Under the pieces are notes generated by a model, which worked only from the letters and a program-made list of their open reading frames with translations, was not told where the DNA came from and ran no database searches. From positions 2,652 through 66,651 of the forward strand of contig CAMCXT010000011.1 of assembly GCA_945883545.1 (NCBI GenBank): a stretch of 64,000 nucleotides of DNA. Reading direction: 5' to 3'. The DNA comes from Chitinophaga pinensis (GTDB lineage: Bacteria; Bacteroidota; Bacteroidia; M30B66). The position numbers were made by a program, and so were the translations under genes. Below, in pieces: positions 23,081 to 33,475 of this stretch (position 1 is its first letter; each line of letters begins with the position of its first letter).

Positions 23081-24385
23081 ATGAACAGATTCGAAATAGC
23101 CGGAGGCAAACGCCTTTCAGGTGAACTTACACCACAGGGTGCCAAGAATGAAGCCCTTCAAATTCTTTGTGCTGTACTTCTAACACCGGAGCGCTGCGAA
23201 ATTCACAATGTGCCAGATATTGTGGATGTTAACAAATTGATCGACCTCCTTGAGGCACTAGGTGTTAAAGTCGAAAAATTAGGAAATGGATCTTGGGTAT
23301 TCCAAGCCGACAATGTGAATGTCGACTTCATGATTTCGGAAGATTTCAAGAAACGCGGAGCTGCATTACGAGGATCGGTGATGATTGTTGGTCCTTTGCT
23401 CGCAAGATTTGGACGAGGCTACATCCCAAAACCAGGTGGAGATAAAATTGGTCGCCGCCGACTGGATACACATTTTATTGGCTTTCAGAATCTTGGAGCT
23501 GAATTCGATTTCGATAGTGTAGATAATTTCTACAAAGTTGAAGCGAAGGAATTACGCGGAGCTTCTATGTTGCTTGATGAGGCGTCTGTTACCGGAACTG
23601 CAAACATTATCATGGCGGCAGTGCTTGCCAAAGGCATTACCACCATATTTAATGCAGCTTGTGAGCCTTACATTCAACAGCTCTGTAAAATGCTTAACAG
23701 CATGGGTGCAAAGATTAGTGGTGTTGGATCGAACCTAATTAGCATTGAAGGTGTTCGCGAACTTGGTGGTTGTTCCCACCGCATGCTTCCGGATATGATC
23801 GAAATTGGATCCTTCATTGGCCTAGCCGCTATGACGCAGTCCAACATCCGAATTAAAGATACCGGCTACGATCATTTGGGGATGATTCCAGATGTGTTTC
23901 GCCGTTTAGGAATTGAAGTGCTTCGTGATGGCGACGATATCGTTATCCCTGAACAGGAAAGCTATACCATCAATAAATACATCGATGGCTCTATTTTAAC
24001 TGTTGCTGATGCACCTTGGCCAGGTTTCACGCCTGATTTGCTGAGTATCGTTTTGGTTGTTGCAACCCAAGCCAACGGTTCGGTACTTATCCACCAAAAA
24101 ATGTTCGAGAGCCGATTGTTTTTCGTTGATAAGCTCATCGACATGGGTGCTCAAATTATTTTGTGTGATCCGCACCGTGCAACCATTATTGGAGTGAACA
24201 GACGATACAAACTTCGTGGAATAAAAATGACTTCACCGGATATCCGTGCAGGTGTATCTTTATTGATTGCAGCCCTATCGGCTGAAGGCACTTCGGTTAT
24301 CGATAACATCGAGCAAATCGACCGTGGATACCAAAATATCGACACAAGACTTCGAGCAATCGGAGCAGACATAAAGCGTCTTTGA
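23081..24385 (+). CDS. murA: UDP-N-acetylglucosamine 1-carboxyvinyltransferase
   Basis: GAKNEAL, PGGDKIGRR, SVTGTAN, PWPGFTPD, DIRAG, IDRGY. Confidence 0.96.
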   Translation: MNRFEIAGGKRLSGELTPQGAKNEALQILCAVLLTPERCEIHNVPDIVDVNKLIDLLEALGVKVEKLGNGSWVFQADNVNVDFMISEDFKKRGAALRGSVMIVGPLLARFGRGYIPKPGGDKIGRRRLDTHFIGFQNLGAEFDFDSVDNFYKVEAKELRGASMLLDEASVTGTANIIMAAVLAKGITTIFNAACEPYIQQLCKMLNSMGAKISGVGSNLISIEGVRELGGCSHRMLPDMIEIGSFIGLAAMTQSNIRIKDTGYDHLGMIPDVFRRLGIEVLRDGDDIVIPEQESYTINKYIDGSILTVADAPWPGFTPDLLSIVLVVATQANGSVLIHQKMFESRLFFVDKLIDMGAQIILCDPHRATIIGVNRRYKLRGIKMTSPDIRAGVSLLIAALSAEGTSVIDNIEQIDRGYQNIDTRLRAIGADIKRL

Positions 24386-24401
24386 TTTTTAAACCAACAG
24401 T

Positions 24402-26159
24402 ATGAACTGGAAGAATTGGATCACTTTTCCGAGGTTTCTGCTGTTGGTTTTGTTTATTGCCCAGTGGCATATTTTGGCTGTTCGGCTCGATGGCGAAAGT
24501 TGGAAAGATGCAATTCCTTATGGAGGAGATGCGCATGGATACTATATGTATCTTCCCAATACTTTCATCGAGAATGATTACCCATATTCCCCTTGGAAGC
24601 CCAATCAGCCTGATTCTGGCTATGTTACTGTAAACCGATATTTCATTGGAACGGCAGTAGCTCAATTGCCCTTTTTCCTTGCAAGCGACTTGCTCGTTCA
24701 ACAGTTTCGCTTTGAAGAAAGAACTGGATATTCTGCTTGGTACATTGCTGCGATTTGCATTTCAGGGCTTTTTTATTTTGCGATTGGATTGATTTCATTG
24801 CGTAAGCTCCTGCTCCGATTGGGCTTCTCAGAAATAGTTAGCGTGTTGACATTGATCACGTTATGCTTTGCAACGAATCTCTACTATTATGCTTTGCAAG
24901 AACCTGGGATGTCGCATATATACTCATTCGGATTTATATCCTGTTTTTTGTTGGTTCTTCATCAACAAGTAGAAAAATTCAGTTCGAAACGCCTCATTCT
25001 ATTGGTGTTTTTGTTGAGTTTAATCGTGTTCATTCGTCCTGTAAATGCCTTGTTTCTTTTGGCGGTAATTCCGTTTGCAGGTTCTTTGGAAACGCTGAAG
25101 AGTATCATTGGAAAACTCCTTCAGCATTGGAAAGTGTTGTTGGTGTCATTGGCTATTCCAGCAGCATTTATATCAGTGCAATCACTCTATTATTTTGCAC
25201 AAACTCACCAATGGTGGATTTACAGCTATGGCAATGAAGGGTTTGATTTTTTAAATCCTCAATGGGTTAACCTGCTTTTTTCCTATCGCAAAGGTTGGCT
25301 CGTTTATACACCTGTTTTCACTCTGCTGATTCCCGCCATCTATCTTTTTTACAAGCAGTTCGGTCGGTTCTCTACTGTTTCTTTGGTCTTCATTTTTGTC
25401 CTGTTTATCTATGTAACTTCATCTTGGTGGTGTTGGTGGTATGGTGGAAGTTTTGGATCGCGACCATTTGTTGATTTAATGCCTTTATGTGCATTGCCCA
25501 TTGCATCTTTATATAGCCATGTTTCTATTGTTAGATGGAAAAAATACTTGGCGTGTTCATTTGTTGGACTTTGTATTTTCCTGAATCTCTTCCAAGTTTG
25601 GCAGTACGTCCATTCTATTCTTCCATTTGATGAGATGGATAGCATTAAGTACAAGAAGATTTTCCTACGAAACGGAAATGACTTTATTTACCTTTTTGAA
25701 AAGGATGAAGTTTGGATCAGAGAGAGTTTTCCTCATCCAAAACCAATTTGGACTTCTCCACTATTGTTAAAACAACAAGCTGGTGTGTCGCAAATTGTCT
25801 TCAATGGAAAAGACAGTTTATTTGAATTGATCGATATTTCTGTTCCTCCCGAAATATTTGCCCAAGGCGAAATTCGAATGATGCGAATTGAATTTCAAGT
25901 GCGTATGTCTGAGCTTGACCACAAAGCCGCACTCGTTTCTGAACTTGGTTCTTGCGATTATCCTGTGTTTTGGAATAAGAAGTTGCTCATTGCTAAAGTT
26001 GAGCAGGCGAACCGTTGGGAAACAGCATCATTTTTGTTTCCAATTCAAGAATTTCCTGGGTTTTGGCCCGAAATAAATCTTTCAATTTTTCAGCCGAAAA
26101 ACGCTACGGTAGAAGTAAGAAACCTAAAGATTCAATTTCTGGGCAACAAGTCAAGTTAA
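24402..26159 (+). CDS. Polytopic membrane protein, probable GT-C-fold glycosyltransferase
   Basis: About 10 hydrophobic segments, acidic/aromatic first loop GGDAHGYY, LFSYRKGWLVYTP and WWYGGSFGSR motifs, soluble C-terminal domain. Confidence 0.6.
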   Translation: MNWKNWITFPRFLLLVLFIAQWHILAVRLDGESWKDAIPYGGDAHGYYMYLPNTFIENDYPYSPWKPNQPDSGYVTVNRYFIGTAVAQLPFFLASDLLVQQFRFEERTGYSAWYIAAICISGLFYFAIGLISLRKLLLRLGFSEIVSVLTLITLCFATNLYYYALQEPGMSHIYSFGFISCFLLVLHQQVEKFSSKRLILLVFLLSLIVFIRPVNALFLLAVIPFAGSLETLKSIIGKLLQHWKVLLVSLAIPAAFISVQSLYYFAQTHQWWIYSYGNEGFDFLNPQWVNLLFSYRKGWLVYTPVFTLLIPAIYLFYKQFGRFSTVSLVFIFVLFIYVTSSWWCWWYGGSFGSRPFVDLMPLCALPIASLYSHVSIVRWKKYLACSFVGLCIFLNLFQVWQYVHSILPFDEMDSIKYKKIFLRNGNDFIYLFEKDEVWIRESFPHPKPIWTSPLLLKQQAGVSQIVFNGKDSLFELIDISVPPEIFAQGEIRMMRIEFQVRMSELDHKAALVSELGSCDYPVFWNKKLLIAKVEQANRWETASFLFPIQEFPGFWPEINLSIFQPKNATVEVRNLKIQFLGNKSS

Positions 26160-26204
26160 GCTTGGCTTTATTTTTGTAAATTCGCGTTTTCATAAAAACA
26201 ATTC

Positions 26205-26756
26205 ATGAAATCAAATAAAATCTTCTGGTCGCTGTTTCTATTGGCATTTATAACTGTCGGAAGCATGCTTGCAATTAACTACAAATCGAATGGTCCTAAG
26301 CCCGTTGTTGGATTGAACGTGGGCAATCAGGCGCCCGACTTGGCATTCAAAACACCTGCAGGAAAAGAAATTAAATTATCCTCTCTTCGTGGCCAGGTTG
26401 TTCTACTAGACTTTTGGGCATCTTGGTGCGGACCATGTCGCATGGAAAATCCAAATGTGGTGAAGGCTTACAACAAATACAACAAGTTGAAATTCAAATC
26501 AGGCAAAGGCTTTACAATTTACAATGTATCGCTTGATATGAAGAAAGAAGCTTGGGAAAAGGCGATTCAAAAAGATGGTCTTGTTTGGGAAAACCACGTA
26601 AGTGATTTGATGGGTTGGAGCTCTCAAGCAGCTGCTATTTATGGTGTAAGTTCAATTCCAATGAACTATTTACTTGATGGCAAAGGGATCATCCTAGCAA
26701 AGAATCTTAGAGGAGCTGCACTCGAAGCAGAACTCGACAAGCAACTCGGAAACTAA
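26205..26756 (+). CDS. TlpA/ResA-family thiol-disulfide oxidoreductase, membrane anchored
   Basis: N-terminal TM segment, LDFWASWCGPCR. Confidence 0.9.
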   Translation: MKSNKIFWSLFLLAFITVGSMLAINYKSNGPKPVVGLNVGNQAPDLAFKTPAGKEIKLSSLRGQVVLLDFWASWCGPCRMENPNVVKAYNKYNKLKFKSGKGFTIYNVSLDMKKEAWEKAIQKDGLVWENHVSDLMGWSSQAAAIYGVSSIPMNYLLDGKGIILAKNLRGAALEAELDKQLGN

Positions 26757-26774
26757 GTTGTTTTAAAATTATTG

Positions 26775-26810
26775 AAAGCAGGCTTTCTTCAACAGATAGC
26801 CTGCTTTTTT
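26775..26810 (+). terminator. Intrinsic terminator after TlpA gene
   Basis: AAAGCAGGCT...AGCCTGCTTT followed by T-run. Confidence 0.75.
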
Positions 26811-26837
26811 CATGTCAGAATGTCGCAATCCTCTGCA

Positions 26838-26853
26838 TGGCACTATGGTTGCA
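26838..26853 (+). promoter_or_regulatory. Putative sigma-54 (-24/-12) promoter of grpE-dnaJ
   Basis: TGGCAC-TATGG-TTGCA with GG and GC exactly 10 nt apart. Confidence 0.65.
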
Positions 26854-26871
26854 AATGCGGTGCGAAATCCA

Positions 26872-27504
26872 ATGAAAAACAGGATAAGAAAATTTTTTAG
26901 TAAAATGAACCCCGAAGAAAAAGCTGCGGAAACAAATCCCATGGATGCTGATGCTCAATCGATGAATGAGTCCGCTACAGATGAACAAATCGTTGCTGAA
27001 GGCTCGATTGCAGGAGAAGATCCAATTAATCCAGAAGCATTAAATGCTGAGGAGGCAAAAATTTCAGATTGGGAAACCAAATACTACGATATCAACGACC
27101 GATACCTGCGTTTGTACTCAGAATTCGATAATTACAGAAAACGCACCATTAAAGAGCGCGCTGATTTGATTAAAACTGCAGGTTCTGACATTTTTGCTGC
27201 CATTCTGCCTGTGTTAGACGATTTTGAAAGAGCATCAAAAGCCCTTGAAGCTTCTGGTGAATCAAATCCTGCACAAGAAGGCATGTTGCTCATTTCTCAA
27301 AAGTTAAAAGGGATTCTAATCGGTCGTGGCTTGGAAGAAATGAATGCAAAAGGTCAAGATTTTGATCCCGATCTCCATGAAGCCATCACACAAATTCCTG
27401 CTCCTGACGAAAGTCAAAAAGGAAAGGTCATTGAAGAGCTAGAAAAGGGCTTTTCGTTGCATGGCAAAGTGATTCGCTTTGCTAAAGTTGTTGTAGGAAG
27501 CTGA
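26872..27504 (+). CDS. grpE: Nucleotide exchange factor GrpE (start 26872 or 26905)
   Basis: [43 protein letters not shown]. Confidence 0.95.
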   Translation: MKNRIRKFFSKMNPEEKAAETNPMDADAQSMNESATDEQIVAEGSIAGEDPINPEALNAEEAKISDWETKYYDINDRYLRLYSEFDNYRKRTIKERADLIKTAGSDIFAAILPVLDDFERASKALEASGESNPAQEGMLLISQKLKGILIGRGLEEMNAKGQDFDPDLHEAITQIPAPDESQKGKVIEELEKGFSLHGKVIRFAKVVVGS

Positions 27505-27515
27505 TAATCAAAAAA

Positions 27516-28658
27516 ATGGCAAAAAGAGATTATTATGAGGTTCTCGGAGTTTCTAAGAACGCCGATGAGCAAGAATTGAAAAAGGCTTACCGCAAAATGG
27601 CGGTGAAATACCATCCCGATAAAAATCCGGGTGATAAAGCTGCTGAGGATAGTTTCAAAGAGGCAGCCGAAGCCTATGAAGTGCTCAGCAATGCTGATAA
27701 ACGAGCTCGTTATGATCGTTTTGGGCACCAAGGCAACAGCGGTCCTGCATCAGGTGGTGGATATGGTGGCGGAATGAACATGGAGGATATCTTCAGTCAA
27801 TTCGGCGACATCTTTGGCCAAGGTGGTTTTGGTGGTTTCGGCCAACAAACTCAAGGCAGAAGGGTAAACCGAGGAAGTAATCTCCGCATCAAAGTGAAGC
27901 TTACACTCGAGGAAATTGCTACTGGAGTTGAAAAGAAAATCAAGGTGAACAAATTCGTTGGCTGCAGAACCTGTTCAGGAACTGGTGCCGATAAAGGATC
28001 ATCATTTTCTACATGTTCAACTTGTAATGGTGCTGGTCGAGTTCACCGAATCACTAACACTATTCTCGGACAGATGCAAACAACTGCAACCTGTCCTGCC
28101 TGTGATGGCGAAGGAAAAATCATCGCGAGTAAATGTAAAACTTGCAGTGGTGACGGTATTACCCGCGAAGAAGACCTTATCTCATTGCAAATCCCTGCAG
28201 GAGTAGGTGAAGGTATGCAGCTCAATGTTGCAGGCAAAGGAAACGCAGCTCCTCGGGGAGGAATTCCTGGCGATTTGTTGGTGAGCATAGAAGAAGTTGA
28301 ACATGCCGAATTAAAGCGTGATGGCAACAATCTTTACTACAACTGTTACATCAACTTTGCAGATGCAGCCATTGGAACTTCCATCGAAATTCCAACGCTA
28401 GAAGGGAAAGCAAAGTTTAAAATTGATCCAGGTACCCAATCGGGTAAAGTGTATCGTTTGCGTGGAAAAGGATTGCCAGAAGTAAATAGCTATCAGCGTG
28501 GAGATCTGATGGTGGATGTAAATGTTTGGACGCCCCAAACCCTTACTTCTGAAGAAAAATCGATCTTAGAAAAATTACGCGAGTCGGCCAATTTCCAGCC
28601 TCAACCTGGAAAAAAGGAAAAGTCATTCTTCGACCGTGTAAAAGAGTACTTTCACTAA
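27516..28658 (+). CDS. dnaJ: Chaperone DnaJ
   Basis: J domain with HPD, G/F region, four CxxCxGxG repeats. Confidence 0.97.
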   Translation: MAKRDYYEVLGVSKNADEQELKKAYRKMAVKYHPDKNPGDKAAEDSFKEAAEAYEVLSNADKRARYDRFGHQGNSGPASGGGYGGGMNMEDIFSQFGDIFGQGGFGGFGQQTQGRRVNRGSNLRIKVKLTLEEIATGVEKKIKVNKFVGCRTCSGTGADKGSSFSTCSTCNGAGRVHRITNTILGQMQTTATCPACDGEGKIIASKCKTCSGDGITREEDLISLQIPAGVGEGMQLNVAGKGNAAPRGGIPGDLLVSIEEVEHAELKRDGNNLYYNCYINFADAAIGTSIEIPTLEGKAKFKIDPGTQSGKVYRLRGKGLPEVNSYQRGDLMVDVNVWTPQTLTSEEKSILEKLRESANFQPQPGKKEKSFFDRVKEYFH

Positions 28659-28751
28659 GACAAATCCTATATTTGAAGCCTGTCAGGAGCCTGTTGGCAG
28701 TTTTCCCGACAGGCTTATTCATGTCCGAACAATTCAACGCAAATTTGCCCT

Positions 28752-29678
28752 ATGAGCGTTCCTATTTTTGAAGCCCGAGATATTACAAAAGTCTATGGCA
28801 ATTATGTTGCACTCAACAACGTCAGTATAAAAGTTGAGAAAGGGAGTATTTTTGGTCTACTCGGTCCAAACGGTGCTGGAAAAACTTCGCTCATTCGGAT
28901 AATTAATCAGATTACTGTACCAGATCAGGGAGAGGCTTTTTTCAATGGTGAACCACTTAAACCTGAGCATGTTAGCCGCATAGGTTATCTTCCCGAAGAA
29001 AGAGGGCTTTACCGAAAGATGCAGGTTGGTGAGCAGTGCATGTACCTGGCTCAATTGAAAGGGCTCGATCACAAAACTGCAAAATTGAAACTCCGGAATT
29101 GGTTCGAGAAATTCGAAATTCAAGGTTGGTGGAATAAAAAAGTTGAGGAGCTTTCTAAAGGGATGGCTCAGAAAGTACAGTTTATTGTAACTGTTCTGCA
29201 TGAACCTGAATTACTCATCTTTGATGAACCTTTCACAGGTTTCGATCCAGTAAATGCCAATCTGATTCGCGACGAAATCCTCGAATTAAGAAGAAATGGT
29301 TCAACGATCATCTTTTCAACTCACCGCATGGAAACAGTTGAAGAACTATGCGATAGTATAGCATTGATCAATAAAAGCCAGAAAATCCTCGACGGCAAAG
29401 TCGCTGACATAAAACGTGAATTCCGAACCAATACGTACAAAATGGAATTCAACGGGAATATGCTAGGATTCACCAATGCACTTTGGGCTGGAGCGGAATT
29501 ACTTGATCGTAAACAAGTAGATAATCATTGCACTGTAACGCTGCGTCTCGCAGGAAACAACACAGTGAACAATCTGTTTGCTGCCATCATGCCTATCTGT
29601 GAAATCATTTCATTCAATGAAGTGATACCTTCGATGAGCGATATTTTTATTAGAACAGTTCAACCCGACATTCAATAA
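28752..29678 (+). CDS. ABC transporter ATP-binding protein (NatA/YhaQ-like)
   Basis: GPNGAGKT, LSKGMAQK, IFDEPF, STH. Confidence 0.9.
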   Translation: MSVPIFEARDITKVYGNYVALNNVSIKVEKGSIFGLLGPNGAGKTSLIRIINQITVPDQGEAFFNGEPLKPEHVSRIGYLPEERGLYRKMQVGEQCMYLAQLKGLDHKTAKLKLRNWFEKFEIQGWWNKKVEELSKGMAQKVQFIVTVLHEPELLIFDEPFTGFDPVNANLIRDEILELRRNGSTIIFSTHRMETVEELCDSIALINKSQKILDGKVADIKREFRTNTYKMEFNGNMLGFTNALWAGAELLDRKQVDNHCTVTLRLAGNNTVNNLFAAIMPICEIISFNEVIPSMSDIFIRTVQPDIQ

Positions 29679-29680
29679 CC

Positions 29681-31003
29681 ATGGGCAAAGTAGGACTAAT
29701 TATTAGAAGAGAATACCTCACTCGCGTTCGGAAAAAATCATTCCTTTTGATGACCATTCTCGGTCCCTTGATCATGGCTGCGATCATGATTGTGCCCGTT
29801 TGGATGGCATCTGTGAACGTTTCAGTGAAGAAAGTGCTCGTGCTCGATGAAGCTGGATTTATTGAGGGCTTACTTCAAGAAAACGACGATGTGAAGTTCT
29901 TCTACACCAGAACACCGCTGAAGAAATCTTTGTCGACACTCGATGCCGATGGATACTTCGCGTTGGTTCATGTGCCGCGTTTTCAAGAGAATGACATCAA
30001 TCACCTACAACGTCAAATTAAATTGTACTCAGCCAAGCAAGTTTCACTCAGCATGAAACTATTTGTGCGGAACCAGATTGAAAAGCAAATTGAAAGGCTC
30101 AAGTTACAATCCCAAGGTGTTGATCAGGATTTGGTCGACAACGTAAAGAAAAGCGTGAATGTGCCTTTGGAAATCATTCCTTTAGATGGCGAAAAAGGCT
30201 CAGGCGTTGAAATGAATACTGCACTCGGTATGATTGGAGGCATTCTGATTTACTTCTTTATTTTCCTTTTCGGAGCCCAAGTGATGCGTGGGGTTATTGA
30301 AGAAAAAACCAACAGAATTGTTGAAGTGATTATTTCTTCGGTGAAGCCTTTCCAACTAATGATGGGGAAAATTCTTGGAATCGCTTTGGTCGGTCTCACT
30401 CAATTTCTTCTTTGGGTGATTCTCACTGGAACAATTTACACTGTTTTCATGGGGACAGTTGTAAAGGAAAAACTCAGTTCCGACAAAATGGAAGCCCTCA
30501 TGAAGCAGAGCCCTGATGGAACTGCTGTTGCCGATTACGACGAATTGAAGCAAACGCAGCAAATGGTGAACGAAGTGAGTCGCATCAATTGGGGCTTAAT
30601 GATTCCATGTTTCATTTTTTACTTCCTCGGAGGCTATTTGCTTTATGGTGCAATGTTCGCTGCAATTGGCGGCGCTGTAGACAGTGAAGCCGATACACAA
30701 CAGTTCATGTTACCCGTTTCAGCGCCTTTGATATTGTCATTTGTTATGGCGCAAACTGTTCTCAATGATCCCAATGGAAGTCTGGCAGTTTGGTTGTCTA
30801 TCATTCCATTTACGTCTCCAATCATCATGATGGTTAGGTTGCCTTTCGGCGTTCATTATTCTGAAGTGCTATTGTCGATGGGGATGTTAATTCTTGGATT
30901 TATTTTGACCACTTGGGCAGCCGCTAAAATTTACCGCACTGGAATTCTAATGTACGGCAAACGACCAACTTGGAAAGAAATGCTCCGTTGGTTGCGTTAC
31001 TAA
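29681..31003 (+). CDS. ABC-2 type exporter permease (NatB/YhaP-like)
   Basis: REYLTRVRKKSF, VIEEKTNRIVEVIISSV, one TM + large loop + multiple C-terminal TMs. Confidence 0.85.
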   Translation: MGKVGLIIRREYLTRVRKKSFLLMTILGPLIMAAIMIVPVWMASVNVSVKKVLVLDEAGFIEGLLQENDDVKFFYTRTPLKKSLSTLDADGYFALVHVPRFQENDINHLQRQIKLYSAKQVSLSMKLFVRNQIEKQIERLKLQSQGVDQDLVDNVKKSVNVPLEIIPLDGEKGSGVEMNTALGMIGGILIYFFIFLFGAQVMRGVIEEKTNRIVEVIISSVKPFQLMMGKILGIALVGLTQFLLWVILTGTIYTVFMGTVVKEKLSSDKMEALMKQSPDGTAVADYDELKQTQQMVNEVSRINWGLMIPCFIFYFLGGYLLYGAMFAAIGGAVDSEADTQQFMLPVSAPLILSFVMAQTVLNDPNGSLAVWLSIIPFTSPIIMMVRLPFGVHYSEVLLSMGMLILGFILTTWAAAKIYRTGILMYGKRPTWKEMLRWLRY

Positions 31004-31037
31004 AACTTTTTGAATACGATCTTTTACCCGATTTCAC

Positions 31038-33461
31038 ATGAAAATTTCTGCCAACTGGCTTCGTCAATATTTATCCCATTCACCTTCACCAGAGGAAATT
31101 TCACCACTTCTTACCGACTGTGGTTTGGAGGTAGAGAGCCTCGAAGAATTTGAAAGTGTCAAAGGAGGCTTGAAAGGTATTGTTGTAGGAGAAGTGAAAG
31201 ACTGCCAACAACATCCCAATGCCGATAGACTTTCACTCACAAAGGTGGATATTGGTTCAGGAGATTTACTATCGATTGTTTGTGGTGCACCCAATGTGGC
31301 TACCGGACAAAAGGTGCTTGTAGCAACTATTGGTGCTACTTTATTCCCAGTTTCGGGTGAGTCTTTTCAAATCAAGGAAAGTAAAATCCGTGGTGAATTG
31401 TCGCAAGGGATGCTTTGTGCAGAAGACGAAATCGGCACCGGCAAAAGCCACGACGGGATCTTAGTTTTACCTTCTGACACTAAAATAGGAACACCTGCTG
31501 CAGAAATTTTCAATGTTTCATCTGACCAAGTATTTGAAATTGGTCTTACTCCAAACAGGATTGATGCTGCTTCTCATTTTGGTGTAGCCCGCGATTTATC
31601 AGCAGTGCTATATGAACAAGGTGATTTGGAATTACTGAAACCACAAGTAAAATCTAGTTTTACCAGCGAAGGTCACGATGTTGAAGTTTCGGTTGAGACT
31701 TCTGATGCCGTGATCAGATATTCTAGCATTCGTATTTCGAACGTCAAGGTATCTGAAAGTCCAGCTTGGCTTAAAAATGCGTTGCTTAGTATTGGTTTGA
31801 GACCCATCAATAATTTGGTAGACATCACCAATTATATATTGCATGAAACAGGTCAGCCTTTGCATGCTTTTGATGCCAATAAAATTTCTGGGAAGAAGAT
31901 TCATGTAAAAACGTGTGCGCCAGGAACCCTGTTTAAAGCGCTTGATGGTTCAGAACATAAACTTACCGAGCAAGATCTAATGATTTGTGATGCTCAAGGG
32001 CCGCTTTGTTTGGCTGGTATTTATGGTGGATTAGATTCGGGTGTTACAGAATCAACCACCGAAGTCTTTTTGGAATGTGCTACTTTTCACCCTGTTTGGG
32101 TTCGGAAATCCTCAAGGAATCACAATTTAAAAACCGACTCCTCTTTCCGCTTCGAACGTGGAACAGATCCTGAAGCAACAATATACACCTTGCAGCGCGC
32201 AGCTGATCTCATCGTAGAACTTGCGGGTGGACAATTGCATGCTGGATTAACTGATCATTACCCTCAACAAGTTATTCCTGTTAGTTTGTTCTATCGATGG
32301 GCTGATATGGATCGATTGGTTGGTGAAGAGATCCCGCGAGAAGCGGCAAAGAAAATCCTTGAGCGTTTGCAAATTCATGTTTATTCAGAAACCTCCGATG
32401 GTGTTCAACTCGAAATTCCAACCTTTAAAGTAGGAGTAGAAGGCAGTGCTGATGTTACTGAAGAAATCTTGAGGATTTATGGTTACAATAGAATCACGAT
32501 TCCAGCACAAGTTCGAAATTCGGTAACTCCTGCTCCAAAACCAGATCCAGTTCAACTGAGGAACAGGATTTCAGATCATCTCTGTGGAATTGGTTTCATG
32601 GAGGCGCTTAACAATTCACTTAGCCCAAGCGAACTAGCTTCATTTACCCCAGAGGGTGTAGATCAAGCAGTTAAATTGGCGAATCCATTGAGTTCTGAAC
32701 TCGATATTTTGCGTATGAGCATGATTCCAGCTTTACTGGAAAACATTGCTTGGAACAAAAATCGTCAGCAATCTGATCTTCAGTTTTTCGAATGGGGGAA
32801 AGTGTACTTTAAACAAGCTGAGGGCTTTATAGAAAAACAGCGACTTGCATTGTTCGTATATGGGAACGACAAACCTTTGCATTGGCAAGCGGACTCCGAA
32901 AAAACATCTTTTTATCACCTGAAAGGTGTTGTGCAACATGTTTTGCAGCTGTGCGGTTTGGAATTAAATCAACTCACAGGGTTGATGACTGAAGATCCAG
33001 CATATCAGCAAGCTTGGTCAATTAAGAAGGGCGAAAAGGAGTTGGTGAAAATGGGAAGTATTCATCCATCGTTACTGAAGAGATTCGATATTACAGGACC
33101 CGTTTGGTTTGCTGAATTCAACTGGGAATTGATGCTAAAAAGCTATGGTGGAAGCAAAATCCAGTACCGTGAAGTTTCAAAGTTTCCTTCAGTACGTCGC
33201 GATTTGGCATTGCTGATTGATCAATCTGTGCAGTACAACCAAATTGAGAAAATCGCATTTTCAACCGAAAAGAAATTGCTTCGTGAGGTGAATCTTTTCG
33301 ATGTTTATCAAGGAGATAAATTGCCTGAGGGTAAAAAATCGTATGCTGTTTCTTTCCTTTTCAGGGATGAAGAACAGACCCTCACTGATAAGCACATCGA
33401 GAAATCAATGGAGCGTTTAGTTAAGGCGCTAGTTGAGCAATTGGGCGCTGAATTGAGATAA
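31038..33461 (+). CDS. pheT: Phenylalanine-tRNA ligase beta subunit
   Basis: HPNADRL, VCGAPNV, LTPNR, RFERG, FPSVRRDLA. Confidence 0.97.
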   Translation: MKISANWLRQYLSHSPSPEEISPLLTDCGLEVESLEEFESVKGGLKGIVVGEVKDCQQHPNADRLSLTKVDIGSGDLLSIVCGAPNVATGQKVLVATIGATLFPVSGESFQIKESKIRGELSQGMLCAEDEIGTGKSHDGILVLPSDTKIGTPAAEIFNVSSDQVFEIGLTPNRIDAASHFGVARDLSAVLYEQGDLELLKPQVKSSFTSEGHDVEVSVETSDAVIRYSSIRISNVKVSESPAWLKNALLSIGLRPINNLVDITNYILHETGQPLHAFDANKISGKKIHVKTCAPGTLFKALDGSEHKLTEQDLMICDAQGPLCLAGIYGGLDSGVTESTTEVFLECATFHPVWVRKSSRNHNLKTDSSFRFERGTDPEATIYTLQRAADLIVELAGGQLHAGLTDHYPQQVIPVSLFYRWADMDRLVGEEIPREAAKKILERLQIHVYSETSDGVQLEIPTFKVGVEGSADVTEEILRIYGYNRITIPAQVRNSVTPAPKPDPVQLRNRISDHLCGIGFMEALNNSLSPSELASFTPEGVDQAVKLANPLSSELDILRMSMIPALLENIAWNKNRQQSDLQFFEWGKVYFKQAEGFIEKQRLALFVYGNDKPLHWQADSEKTSFYHLKGVVQHVLQLCGLELNQLTGLMTEDPAYQQAWSIKKGEKELVKMGSIHPSLLKRFDITGPVWFAEFNWELMLKSYGGSKIQYREVSKFPSVRRDLALLIDQSVQYNQIEKIAFSTEKKLLREVNLFDVYQGDKLPEGKKSYAVSFLFRDEEQTLTDKHIEKSMERLVKALVEQLGAELR

Positions 33462-33475
33462 GAAGATAAAGAAAA

